64,000 nt of DNA from Archaeoglobus sp. JdFR-37 (lineage in GTDB: Archaea > Halobacteriota > Archaeoglobi > Archaeoglobales > Archaeoglobaceae). A model generated the notes under the pieces. It was not told where the DNA came from and did no database searches. It was given only the letters and a program-made list of their open reading frames with translations. A program made the position numbers and the translations under genes. Location: positions 1 through 64,000 of the forward strand of contig MTMY01000032.1 in assembly GCA_002010215.1 (NCBI GenBank), in the 5' to 3' direction. Positions 30,860-39,883 of the stretch are shown piece by piece (within the stretch, counting starts at the first letter, position 1; each line of letters begins with the position of its first letter).

Positions 30860-31868
30860 GGAGATAACTGAGCTTTTCACCCTAGATTTACACGAGCTCG
30901 GAGAGATGGCAGATTCAATTAACCGAGCTAACGGAAATTATGCAACCTTCGTTATTAATAAGCACATCAATTACACCAATGTCTGCATATCCAGATGCCC
31001 CATCTGTGCTTTCTATGCAAAAAACGATACAGAAGCATATCTGATGAGTGTTGAGGAAGTGGTTGATGCTGCGAGAGAAGCCTGGAGGAATGGTGCTACC
31101 GAACTTCATATTGTTGGCAGTCACAATCCTACTATTAGTTTAGAGTATTTCGAGAAGATATTTTCAAGGATAAAAGAGGAGATGGACATCACAATCAAAG
31201 CTTTAACGGCAACAGAAATCCACTTTCTAGCTGAGAAAGAGGAATTGAAGGTAAAAGAAGTCCTCAAAAGGCTTAAAGATGCTGGACTTGATGCGATGCC
31301 CGGCGGTGGGGCAGAAATTCTGAAGGATGAGATAAGGGACAAAATCTGCCCAGATAAGGCAAAAAGCCAGGAGTGGCTTGAAGTTATGAGGACAGCTCAT
31401 AAGCTTGGAATCAAAAGCAATGCCACCATGCTCTTCGGCCACATCGAGAGCTACAGAGACAGGGCTGAACACCTCTATCAGCTCTACAAACTCCAGAAGG
31501 AAACCGGAGGGTTCATGGCATTCATTCCACTCGTTTTCCATCCCGACAACACAAAGTTTTCCATGCTGAAAAAAACCAGCCCGGCGGATATACTCAAAAC
31601 CATAGCAGTCTCAAGAATTGTGCTAGAGAACTTCAAGAGCATAAGGGCTTACTGGGTTATGCTTGGCGAAAAGCTCACACAGATTGCCCTGAATTATGGG
31701 GCCAACGACGTTGATGGTACTTTGATGGGAGAGAATATAAGCCACGCTGCAGGAGCTAAGACTCCAAAGGAGTTAACTGTTGAAAGGCTGATAAAGCTGA
31801 TAAAGGGTGCTGGAAAAATTCCAGCCCAGCGTGACACCTTCAACAACATCCTGAGGGTCTTTGAATGA
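30849..31868 (+). CDS. mqnE: Aminofutalosine synthase (radical SAM)
   Basis: NYTNVCxxxCxxC, PGGGAEI, ATMLFGH, AYWVMLG; clustered with mqnA and mqnC. Confidence 0.8.
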   Translation: MHIEEITELFTLDLHELGEMADSINRANGNYATFVINKHINYTNVCISRCPICAFYAKNDTEAYLMSVEEVVDAAREAWRNGATELHIVGSHNPTISLEYFEKIFSRIKEEMDITIKALTATEIHFLAEKEELKVKEVLKRLKDAGLDAMPGGGAEILKDEIRDKICPDKAKSQEWLEVMRTAHKLGIKSNATMLFGHIESYRDRAEHLYQLYKLQKETGGFMAFIPLVFHPDNTKFSMLKKTSPADILKTIAVSRIVLENFKSIRAYWVMLGEKLTQIALNYGANDVDGTLMGENISHAAGAKTPKELTVERLIKLIKGAGKIPAQRDTFNNILRVFE

Positions 31869-32602
31869 GGATTGGGAAGTTTGGGTATGTTAACAACTTC
31901 CTTCCCTACTATCATCTTGAGCAGGAAGGGAGATACGAGATAGTTGATGCCCCGCCTAGAAAGATGGAAGAGATGATGAGGGCTGGAGGGCTTCATTACG
32001 CTCCAATTCCTTCTTTCTCTTTCCTCTCCTCAGAGGATTTGAGGCGTTACAGATTTTGCGTAGCCTCAGAGGGTGAAGTTTACAGCGTAATTGTTGTTTC
32101 GAGAAAAAAGAGGCTGGATGATGCTCCAATTGCTGTAACAACCCACTCAAGAACATCCATCAACCTTCTCAGAATAATATTAAAGGAAAAAGGAATGATA
32201 AACAAAGTTGTTCCTGTAAATGGGACGGCGACGGAGATGCTGAAAGATTTTGACCACGCCCTAGTGATAGGGGATGAAGCTATCAAGGCAAGGATGCTTT
32301 TCAGAGTTGTGATGGATCTGGGCGAGGAATGGAAGGAGCTAACGGATTTGCCTATGGTTTTTGGGGTTTCTGCCTCAAAAAGGAATTTTGATTCTTCTCA
32401 AATTGATAAGGATGTGCTAAATTCCCTTGAATGGGGTGAAAAGAACATTGACGAGGTTGTCGAAAAAGCAAGCATCCGCTTTAGGCTTCCTGAAGATTTT
32501 CTTTATGCCTATTTCAGGGCTTTAATTCACAAAATGGGGGATAAAGAGGAAAAGGGGTTGAGAGAGTTCGGGGAGATGTGCCGTGAATACGGACTTTTAT
32601 GA
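31865..32602 (+). CDS. mqnA: Chorismate dehydratase (MqnA family)
   Basis: YVNNFLP, GEVYSV, SRTS..L, IGDEA, DLGEEW..LTDLPMVF. Confidence 0.88.
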   Translation: MRIGKFGYVNNFLPYYHLEQEGRYEIVDAPPRKMEEMMRAGGLHYAPIPSFSFLSSEDLRRYRFCVASEGEVYSVIVVSRKKRLDDAPIAVTTHSRTSINLLRIILKEKGMINKVVPVNGTATEMLKDFDHALVIGDEAIKARMLFRVVMDLGEEWKELTDLPMVFGVSASKRNFDSSQIDKDVLNSLEWGEKNIDEVVEKASIRFRLPEDFLYAYFRALIHKMGDKEEKGLREFGEMCREYGLL

Positions 32603-33647
32603 TTACGTGGAGAAGAATATTAGAGGAGTGGATTTGAGCTTTGAAGAAGCTTTAAAGCTCTTCGAGCTGTCTCTGCCACAACTCGGGAGAATTGCCGATG
32701 AAATAAGGCTCAGAAGATGTGGAGACCTCGTGACCTTTGTTGTTGACAGAAATATCAACTACACAAACATCTGCATCTCAAAGTGCAAGTTCTGCGCTTT
32801 TTATGCCAGAAGCGAAGAAGATGCCTTTGTTCTGTCAGTTGATGAAATACTCAGGAAGATTGAGGAGGCTGTAAGCGTCGGAGCGACTCAAATTCTCATG
32901 CAGGGAGGCATGAATCCCGATCTTGACATAGAATGGTTTGAGAAAACCTTCAGAGCCATTAAAAATCGGTTCCCCAATATACAGCTTCATAGCCTTTCTC
33001 CACCCGAAATCATCTTTCTCTCAAAGAAAGAGGGATTGAGTGTAGAGGAGGTGCTTCTAAGGCTCAGGAGAGCTGGACTGGATTCCCTGCCCGGAGGAGG
33101 GGCAGAGATTCTGAGTGACAGAGTGAGGCTTAAGATAAGCAAGAAGGGTAGCAGCCAGGACTGGTTGAGGGTGATGGAGACAGCTCACAGGCTTGGAATG
33201 AAGACCACAGCTACCATGATGTTTGGACACGTAGAGAAGGAGGAGGACATAATAGAACACCTTTTTAAGATAAGAGATTTGCAGAATAGGACTGACGGAT
33301 TTACGGCCTTTATCCCCTGGACATTCCAGCCAGGAAATACCGAAATCAAGAGAGATGAGGCTCCGGCAACAAGGTACCTCCAAGTGCTGGCAATCTCGCG
33401 GATAATTCTTCACAACATCAGAAACATCCAAGTGTCATGGCTCACCCAAGGCTTTGATGTGGCAAGTCTGGCTTTGTTCTTTGGAGCCAACGATTTTGGC
33501 GGAACCATGCTGGAGGAGAATGTCGTCAGAGCCACCGGCAAGCCCTTCATGCCTGCCAGAGTTGAGGATATAGTAAGTGCCGTAAAAAGTGTAGGAAGAC
33601 CTGTTGCCAGAAGAGACACGTATTATAGGATTTTAGAGTACTACTAG
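32583..33647 (+). CDS. mqnC: Cyclic dehypoxanthine futalosine synthase (radical SAM)
   Basis: DRNINYTNICxxxCxFC, MQGG, FIPWTFQPGNT, SWLTQG, GANDFG.TMLEENVV. Confidence 0.88.
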   Translation: MNTDFYDYVEKNIRGVDLSFEEALKLFELSLPQLGRIADEIRLRRCGDLVTFVVDRNINYTNICISKCKFCAFYARSEEDAFVLSVDEILRKIEEAVSVGATQILMQGGMNPDLDIEWFEKTFRAIKNRFPNIQLHSLSPPEIIFLSKKEGLSVEEVLLRLRRAGLDSLPGGGAEILSDRVRLKISKKGSSQDWLRVMETAHRLGMKTTATMMFGHVEKEEDIIEHLFKIRDLQNRTDGFTAFIPWTFQPGNTEIKRDEAPATRYLQVLAISRIILHNIRNIQVSWLTQGFDVASLALFFGANDFGGTMLEENVVRATGKPFMPARVEDIVSAVKSVGRPVARRDTYYRILEYY

Positions 33648-33767
33648 CTGTTTTTAACAATTTTTCAGATTCAAATATTTTAATACTGATCTAGACACAC
33701 ATGAGAAAAATGAGAAAAATGAAAAGTTGATAAAGATTGTACCTACCAAAACAATTTAAAAAATGAG

Positions 33768-34205
33768 TTATTCAATCTTTATGACTTTCTTCTGGGCTTT
33801 TTCAGTCTTTGGCAGCACTATCTCTAGTATTCCATTGTTGTACTTCGCTGAAACTTTTTCCACATCCACATCAACAGGAACCGAGACCTTTCTGTAAACT
33901 TCCCCGTATCTCCTCTCCTGCATTATGTAGTCCTTGCCCTTCTCTTCTTTCTCCTCTTTTCTTTCTGCTTTTATTACAAGACTGGCGTCCTCAAAGTATA
34001 CCTGAATGTCTTCCTTGTTGAAGCCAGGAAGGTCAGCTATTACTCTTATCTGATCCCCCTCATCAATTACATCCACTGGAACAGCGAAAGTTTCCAGTGT
34101 TGGAACGAAAGCCCTTGATGTTCTCTCAAATTCTTCAAAAAGCCTGTTCATCCTTTCCTGCATTCTTTTCAACTCCTCAAACGGGTCGAAGAACCTCATC
34201 CCCAT
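33768..34205 (-). CDS. hsp20: Small heat shock protein Hsp20 (start at 34205 or 34199)
   Basis: FDPFEEL, ADLPGF.KEDI, AKYNNGILEIVLPK, terminal IxI motif. Confidence 0.94.
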   Translation of the reverse strand: MGMRFFDPFEELKRMQERMNRLFEEFERTSRAFVPTLETFAVPVDVIDEGDQIRVIADLPGFNKEDIQVYFEDASLVIKAERKEEKEEKGKDYIMQERRYGEVYRKVSVPVDVDVEKVSAKYNNGILEIVLPKTEKAQKKVIKIE

Positions 34206-34224
34206 CACCTCCTTTATTTTTAGT

Positions 34225-34243
34225 TACTAACTTTTGGTTAGTA
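34225..34243. promoter_or_regulatory. Heat-shock repressor (HSR1-type) operator TACTAAC-N5-GTTAGTA upstream of hsp20
   Basis: Perfect 7-bp inverted repeat containing CTAAC-N5-GTTAG, located between a TATA-like TTTAAATATA (34249-34258, minus strand) and the SD. Confidence 0.82.
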
Positions 34244-34481
34244 TTTCCTATATTTAAATTTTTCGCTAATGAAAGGATTGCAATCTCGCTTTCGACCAAT
34301 TTAAGCTAAATCTGAGATTCAGGGGTGGGGGGGCTGGGTAGGAGGGTTAAAAAATTTAGGAGAACTTAGGAATAAACTGCTGTTTTGTTAAACTCAATTT
34401 CGGAAAAGGGGCAATCCGAAGCTGATGTGTTGGATGACTATGAAGCGAGTCGTAACAGAAAATAAAAAGAAAAACAGATTC

Positions 34482-35180
34482 TTAGTTGGACCCCTTCTTC
34501 CTTCTACCCCAAGGACAGACCTTTATGCAGATTCCGCACACCATGAAGCCAATGTCAGGATCACTGGCAAACTCCTGTAGCTTTTCAGCACATCTGTCAA
34601 CGTCAAAAACCTCCTCTCTCACAGGATATTCATCAAATTCAGAATCGCTAATGGCGTTCACAATACAATTGTCCACACACTCCCTGCACCTACCACACCT
34701 TCTCTTCACTGGTTCTCCTGCTTCCAGAGGCATATCTGTCAGAATGCTTGCCATCCTTATTCGGGGCCCGTGCTCTCTAGTGACGAGAAGCAAAGACTTC
34801 CCTATCCACCCAACCCCGGCTGCTCTGGCTATGGCCTTATGAGAGATAAAGCTCCTCCAGTGCATTTCTTTCAAAACCTTAGACGCAGGAATCGGTAAGG
34901 CTCTGTAGCCGCTTTTCTCAATGAATCTCGCCAGTTCGAATGCTATTTGATCTAGTCTATCGTTGGCTATTTGGTACTGCCTCCCATAAAGAGGCCTCGT
35001 TTCAGGCAGACCGTCGAAAATAGCATCATTCAGTCTTACTCCAACAACTATGCCTCTGGTAAAGCTATCCAGCAGACCAGGAGGCTCAACTGGATAATCC
35101 CTTATCAGATCCAGGTCTGCAACTCCAAAAATGTCTGCGCCAAGCTTTTTTACATATTCTTCAACGTACGCGGTTTCCAT
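34482..35180 (-). CDS. QueG/reductive-dehalogenase-like 2x[4Fe-4S] protein
   Basis: SHKAIARAAGVGWIGKS, GPRIR..SILTD, CxxCxxCxxxC, CGICIKVCPWG. Confidence 0.8.
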   Translation of the reverse strand: METAYVEEYVKKLGADIFGVADLDLIRDYPVEPPGLLDSFTRGIVVGVRLNDAIFDGLPETRPLYGRQYQIANDRLDQIAFELARFIEKSGYRALPIPASKVLKEMHWRSFISHKAIARAAGVGWIGKSLLLVTREHGPRIRMASILTDMPLEAGEPVKRRCGRCRECVDNCIVNAISDSEFDEYPVREEVFDVDRCAEKLQEFASDPDIGFMVCGICIKVCPWGRRKKGSN

Positions 35181-35262
35181 AAAATTATGGTACGTGTAAA
35201 CTTTAAAATTATAACTGTTTATAACTATTAGCGATCGTTAATCATTGTCATCACTGCACTAT

Positions 35263-36720
35263 TCACCGCGGAACTACCTGCCTCTTTATTTCACCCCAGA
35301 TAGCATCCACCTTCCTTTTTACATCCTCGCTCATCTCAACAGCATCAGGCCACTCCCTCTCATATCCTTCCTCATGCCATTTCTTGGTTGCATCGATTCC
35401 CAGCTTCCCCGCGAGGTTCTGGCGATAAGCAGAATGATCCAGGCTGTCAGTTGGAGCTTCAGAAATGATGACAACATCTCTGGATGGGTCAAAGCGGCTC
35501 GTGACTGCCCACAGAACCTCTTGCATGTTGTGGACATTGACGTCATCATCAACTATTACAACGACCTTCGTCAGACTCAGCATGCCTGTGCCCCAGATCG
35601 AGAACATCACCTTTTTTGCATGCCCCGGATACCGTTTCCTTATGGAAACAATGGCCAGATTGTGGAAAGCTGCCTCGATGGGGAGATTTATGTCTACAAT
35701 TTCCGGATGAATCATCTTTAGAATAGGGAGGAATATCCTCTCAGTGGCCTTTCCCAGCCATGCATCTTCCATTGGAGGCTTTCCAACGATGGTAGTATGA
35801 TATATGGGATTCTCTCGGTGAGTGATGGCAGTTATGTGGAAGACAGGATAGGGTTCTGCCGGCGTGTAATAACCGGTGTGATCTCCAAAAGGGCCCTCCA
35901 TTCTGAACTCATCCAGCTTAACATAGCCTTCCAGAACGATTTCAGCGTTTGCCGGTACCTGCAGATCGATAGTTTCGCAATCAACCATCTTCACCCTCTC
36001 TTTCCGTATAAACCCTGCAAACATGAACTCGCTGAGCCCTTCAGGCAGCGGAGCGGTGGAAGCGTAGAGTGTAGCTGGATCAACACCGATGGCAACAGCA
36101 ACCTCAAGCTTATCAATTCCAGCTTCCTTCAGTTTTCGGTAATGCAGAGCCCCATGCTTGTGAATCTGCCAGTGCATACCTGTCGTTTTACCATCAAAAA
36201 CCTGCATCCTGTACATTCCTGCATTAAGCTCACCCGTTTCGGGGTCTTTTGTTATGACGACGGGAAGAGTTATGAATTTGCCAGCATCTCCTGGCCAGCA
36301 TTTGAGAATCGGAAATTTTTCCAAATCAGGCTCATCCATTATGACTTCCTTACATGCACCCTTCCTCACCTTCTTGGGAATGAATACCATGGCATTCTTT
36401 ACCATGGAAAGGCCCTTAACTCCCTCGAGAAGAGAAGTTGGACGGAACTTGGTCATTTCAACAAGCCTTTCTCCGATTTCCTCCATTCTGTCAACTTCCA
36501 GAGCCATTTTCATCCTTTTTTCAGTCCCAAATGTGTTGATGAGAATAGGAATGTCATAACCCTTCGGATTCTCGAAAAGAAGGGCTTTACCACCCAGTTT
36601 TACCACTCTGTCAGCAATTTCGGTTACTTCGAGAACTGGGCTGACTTCGTGCTTTATTCTTGCAAGCTCATCCTCATTTTCGAGCTTTTCAACAAATTCC
36701 CTGAGGTCTTCATAAGGCAT
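35263..36720 (-). CDS. ubiD: UbiD-family prFMN decarboxylase (menaquinone-type)
   Basis: NAGMYRMQ, EGPFGDHTGYY, VGKPPMED, LDHS, GIDATKK. Confidence 0.92.
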   Translation of the reverse strand: MPYEDLREFVEKLENEDELARIKHEVSPVLEVTEIADRVVKLGGKALLFENPKGYDIPILINTFGTEKRMKMALEVDRMEEIGERLVEMTKFRPTSLLEGVKGLSMVKNAMVFIPKKVRKGACKEVIMDEPDLEKFPILKCWPGDAGKFITLPVVITKDPETGELNAGMYRMQVFDGKTTGMHWQIHKHGALHYRKLKEAGIDKLEVAVAIGVDPATLYASTAPLPEGLSEFMFAGFIRKERVKMVDCETIDLQVPANAEIVLEGYVKLDEFRMEGPFGDHTGYYTPAEPYPVFHITAITHRENPIYHTTIVGKPPMEDAWLGKATERIFLPILKMIHPEIVDINLPIEAAFHNLAIVSIRKRYPGHAKKVMFSIWGTGMLSLTKVVVIVDDDVNVHNMQEVLWAVTSRFDPSRDVVIISEAPTDSLDHSAYRQNLAGKLGIDATKKWHEEGYEREWPDAVEMSEDVKRKVDAIWGEIKRQVVPR

Positions 36721-37046
36721 GGTGGCTTTTTAAAGGGATGCGTTATAAAACTTGCTGGGATTTTTGCATGAGGTAGTAGAGGGGATGTCTGGAGTACCCA
36801 GTATCTCAAAAAAGAAAGTAGAAATGAGAGTCAAACGTACTTATTAAATATTCTGAGAAGACGGGATACGAAGAAGAACTGGAAAGAATATCCAAAGAAA
36901 TAAGGAGGGGCTTCAGGGCGATAATGTGATTACTGAGGTAGAATAAATTTTAACAAGCTTTTGAAAAGAATACTGAATCTAAAACCCAGTCATCTAACAG
37001 GAAAGTTTTTTGCCTCCCCATCCCTAACACAACCAGGTGATAGACC

Positions 37047-37565
37047 ATGTTGGGATATCTGTATCCTCTCAGGACGTATCTTATCGTGGCGGGAACGTTT
37101 GAAAAGCCGAATCCAATGACTGCAGACTGGGTGGTTCCTTTGAGCTTCAGCCCCCAGTTGCTAGGAGTGGCTATAGGTAAAACCCGGCATACCTGCGGTT
37201 TGATTAAGGAAAAGAAGGATTTTGTTGTTGCAGTTCCAACCCTTGAGTTGCTGAAGGACGTCTGGATTGCCGGCACCACCAGTGGGGCAAGAGAAGACAA
37301 GTCGAAAAAGATGAGTGTGACATTTGTACCGTCGAAGAAAGTTAAAGCTCCGTCTATAAAGGAGTGTGCCGCCAACATCGAGTGCAAAGTCGTAAATGAA
37401 GTTGAAACGGGAGACCACATTTTCTTTGTTGGCGAAATAGTTGATGTCACCTACGGCGATGCTTTCAGAGATGGCAAACCAGACATCAAAAATTACCGAT
37501 TCTTGATTCACACCAGTTCAGGCCCCAATTTCACGTATGTTGGAAACGAAATTTTTAAGCCTTAA
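37047..37565 (+). CDS. Flavin reductase-like (flavoredoxin) protein
   Basis: NPMTADW, GTTSG...DK, IECKV, GDH.FFVGEI. Confidence 0.88.
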   Translation: MLGYLYPLRTYLIVAGTFEKPNPMTADWVVPLSFSPQLLGVAIGKTRHTCGLIKEKKDFVVAVPTLELLKDVWIAGTTSGAREDKSKKMSVTFVPSKKVKAPSIKECAANIECKVVNEVETGDHIFFVGEIVDVTYGDAFRDGKPDIKNYRFLIHTSSGPNFTYVGNEIFKP

Positions 37566-37653
37566 CAAATTTTGTCAAACTTTTTTCTTGGAAAACTTAA
37601 CATTTAAATACTACAAGGTAACTAAAACAATACAAACACATACGGTGTTATAC

Positions 37654-38520
37654 ATGGAGCCAAAACTAACTGCTGTACAGATGAAGGTGCTCCGGACGCT
37701 GGTTAACCTCTATCTTTCAGGCTCCAATTTTGTCAGCAGTGAAGATGTTGCAAAAATTCTGAACAAAAGACCGGGCACTGTGCGCTCACACATGCAGGCT
37801 CTGAGAACTCTTGGACTTGTTGAAGGGGTTCCAGGGCCGCGAGGGGGGTACAGACCGACGTCCAGGGCTTACGAACTTCTTCTAAATCATGAGATGTCTG
37901 AGATGGCAGTGGAAATTTTTGTGAATGGAATTCAGGAAGAACTTGATGTAGAAAGGATTAAGCTAACCGCACTCAGCAACCCCAATACTCACAAAGCCAT
38001 CATCAGCCTGTCACAGGAAGCTGATCTTAACAGTGGAGATGAGATCTCGATAATCTATGCAAAACAGCTGATAATTCAGGGAAAAGTTAGGAGGGTTGAG
38101 GACAACGGTTTGATCGTGGACGTGGAGAAAATAGTGGCGATTCCAAAAAAGAAGATCAGCCAGCTGGCATCACAGTTGATTACAGTGGATTCAGAGATGA
38201 AAGTAAAAAATGCTGCTGACATCCTTTCAAAAAATGGAGCTTATTGTGGATTGGTCTTGGAAAATGGAAATCCAGTAGGTCTTCTCACCCTCGACCAGAT
38301 CGTTAAAGCAGTTGCTGAAAAAAAGACAGAAAGCAGGGTGAAAGAGCTAATTAAACCCAAAATCGTGGTAGGCAATGGAGAAATGAACATCAGCGAAGCT
38401 TTGAAGCTCATGAGAAGAGAGGGGGTGCGTTCCCTTATTGTACTAGAGAACGGAAAATTTATCGGAATGGTATCGGACAACCAGATACTAAAATACCTTG
38501 TAAATTCATCCAGAGTATGA
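37654..38520 (+). CDS. wHTH plus CBS-pair transcriptional regulator (COG2524-like)
   Basis: PGTVRSHMQALRTLGLVEGVPGPRGGY and two C-terminal CBS domains. ATG at 37654. Confidence 0.85.
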   Translation: MEPKLTAVQMKVLRTLVNLYLSGSNFVSSEDVAKILNKRPGTVRSHMQALRTLGLVEGVPGPRGGYRPTSRAYELLLNHEMSEMAVEIFVNGIQEELDVERIKLTALSNPNTHKAIISLSQEADLNSGDEISIIYAKQLIIQGKVRRVEDNGLIVDVEKIVAIPKKKISQLASQLITVDSEMKVKNAADILSKNGAYCGLVLENGNPVGLLTLDQIVKAVAEKKTESRVKELIKPKIVVGNGEMNISEALKLMRREGVRSLIVLENGKFIGMVSDNQILKYLVNSSRV

Positions 38521-38670
38521 GTTCTGTTGAGTCAGCAAGTCTCAATTCGTTAAAAACTTCAGCACCAGAGTGATTTCACTCGGCCCATTGGGCAGTAGGG
38601 GTGGCAATATAAGTAGTAAGGTGTAATAATTGTTAAATAAAATCCTACACGTCAGCCTATTGGGTGGAGA

Positions 38671-39819
38671 ATGAGATTCAGGTTGATATTTGCGTCGTCA
38701 ATAGCTCACATGCACAACCATATGGCCATAAACTTCATCATCGCCATCCTTCCAGCTTTCCAAGCTGCCCTCATCCTCAACTACACCCAGACAGAACTGA
38801 TAGCTGCAGTCTTTTTTGTATCCTATTCCTTCTCAACTCTCACTTCTGGCCTTCTTGGCCTGAAACACTCGAAAAAATGGCTCGTTGTTGCTGGTCAGAT
38901 TCTGGCATTTCTCTCTTTACTAATCCTAACCAAGTATGAAAATTATATTCTACTTCTCCTAATCCAGTTGCTGTTCGGATTGGGATGTGGAACCTACCAC
39001 TCTCCTGGTACAACAATACTGGTAGATTTCTCCCCAAAAGAAAGAGTTAACACATACCTTGGCATTCATGGCTTTGCCAGCAGTCTGGGTATGATAATAT
39101 CGCCACTCATCGTTTCCTTTTTCCTCTTGTCATACGGGCTAAAGAACCTCATATTCTTCTTTGCATTTCTGACCTTTGCGGTGGCAGTCATTTATTCAGT
39201 CATGATACAGTCAGATGTACCTGCCAAAATGTCGATCAAAGACTTTTTCAGCTACTTCAGAGAATCTGCAAGCAGAGCGCTCATCCTATCATATTTCCTA
39301 AGAGATGCTAGCTTCTGGGGAATAATGTCTTTCATTCCTCTCTATGCCTTCAATGTTGTGGGGCTCTCTAAAGCATCCTCTGCTGCTGTCGTGGCACTCT
39401 TCCCATTCATGGGTCTCTTCGCCAATGTAGCAGGAGGGTTTCTTGGAGATAAATTCGGGGCTGTGAGAGTATCCATATTCAGCATTTTTCTAGCATCTTT
39501 ATCTCTCCTCCCCATCATACTCTTCCCCTCATCGGGTGTTTTCTATCTTACAGTTATTGTCCTAGGAGTGCTCCTCTATGCCACCATACCTCTCTACGAT
39601 TCCATTGTTGCCATGCACATGCCCTTGCACTTCAGATCCCCAGCCTACGGTGTGTTCCAAGGAATGGGTTTCTTCTTTGGTGGACTCTTTTCTCTGGGCG
39701 CTGGGGTCATTTCAGATTACATAGACGTCAAGTTTTTCTTCGTATTCCTGATGGTGGCACTTTTGCTGAGTGCTCTGCTCATGAAGTGGATGGATGATAT
39801 TGGGAACGATAGCTGGTAA
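38671..39819 (+). CDS. MFS transporter
   Basis: About 12 TM helices; GLGCGTYHSPG, GGFLGDKFG. Confidence 0.88.
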   Translation: MRFRLIFASSIAHMHNHMAINFIIAILPAFQAALILNYTQTELIAAVFFVSYSFSTLTSGLLGLKHSKKWLVVAGQILAFLSLLILTKYENYILLLLIQLLFGLGCGTYHSPGTTILVDFSPKERVNTYLGIHGFASSLGMIISPLIVSFFLLSYGLKNLIFFFAFLTFAVAVIYSVMIQSDVPAKMSIKDFFSYFRESASRALILSYFLRDASFWGIMSFIPLYAFNVVGLSKASSAAVVALFPFMGLFANVAGGFLGDKFGAVRVSIFSIFLASLSLLPIILFPSSGVFYLTVIVLGVLLYATIPLYDSIVAMHMPLHFRSPAYGVFQGMGFFFGGLFSLGAGVISDYIDVKFFFVFLMVALLLSALLMKWMDDIGNDSW

Positions 39820-39883
39820 TCTCAAAGGTAAGACCTAATTCTAACGTAATGATTAAATAAAGAAATTTTTGCCTGATATAATC

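Noticed and set aside
34448..34457. AGTCGTAACA, identical to a conserved 16S rRNA 3' segment
   Set aside because: Only 10 nt, with no C/D boxes correctly placed on the antisense strand.
36780..36930. Antitoxin-like fragment (EEELERISKEIRRGFR)
   Set aside because: No in-frame start and no toxin partner; resemblance too weak.
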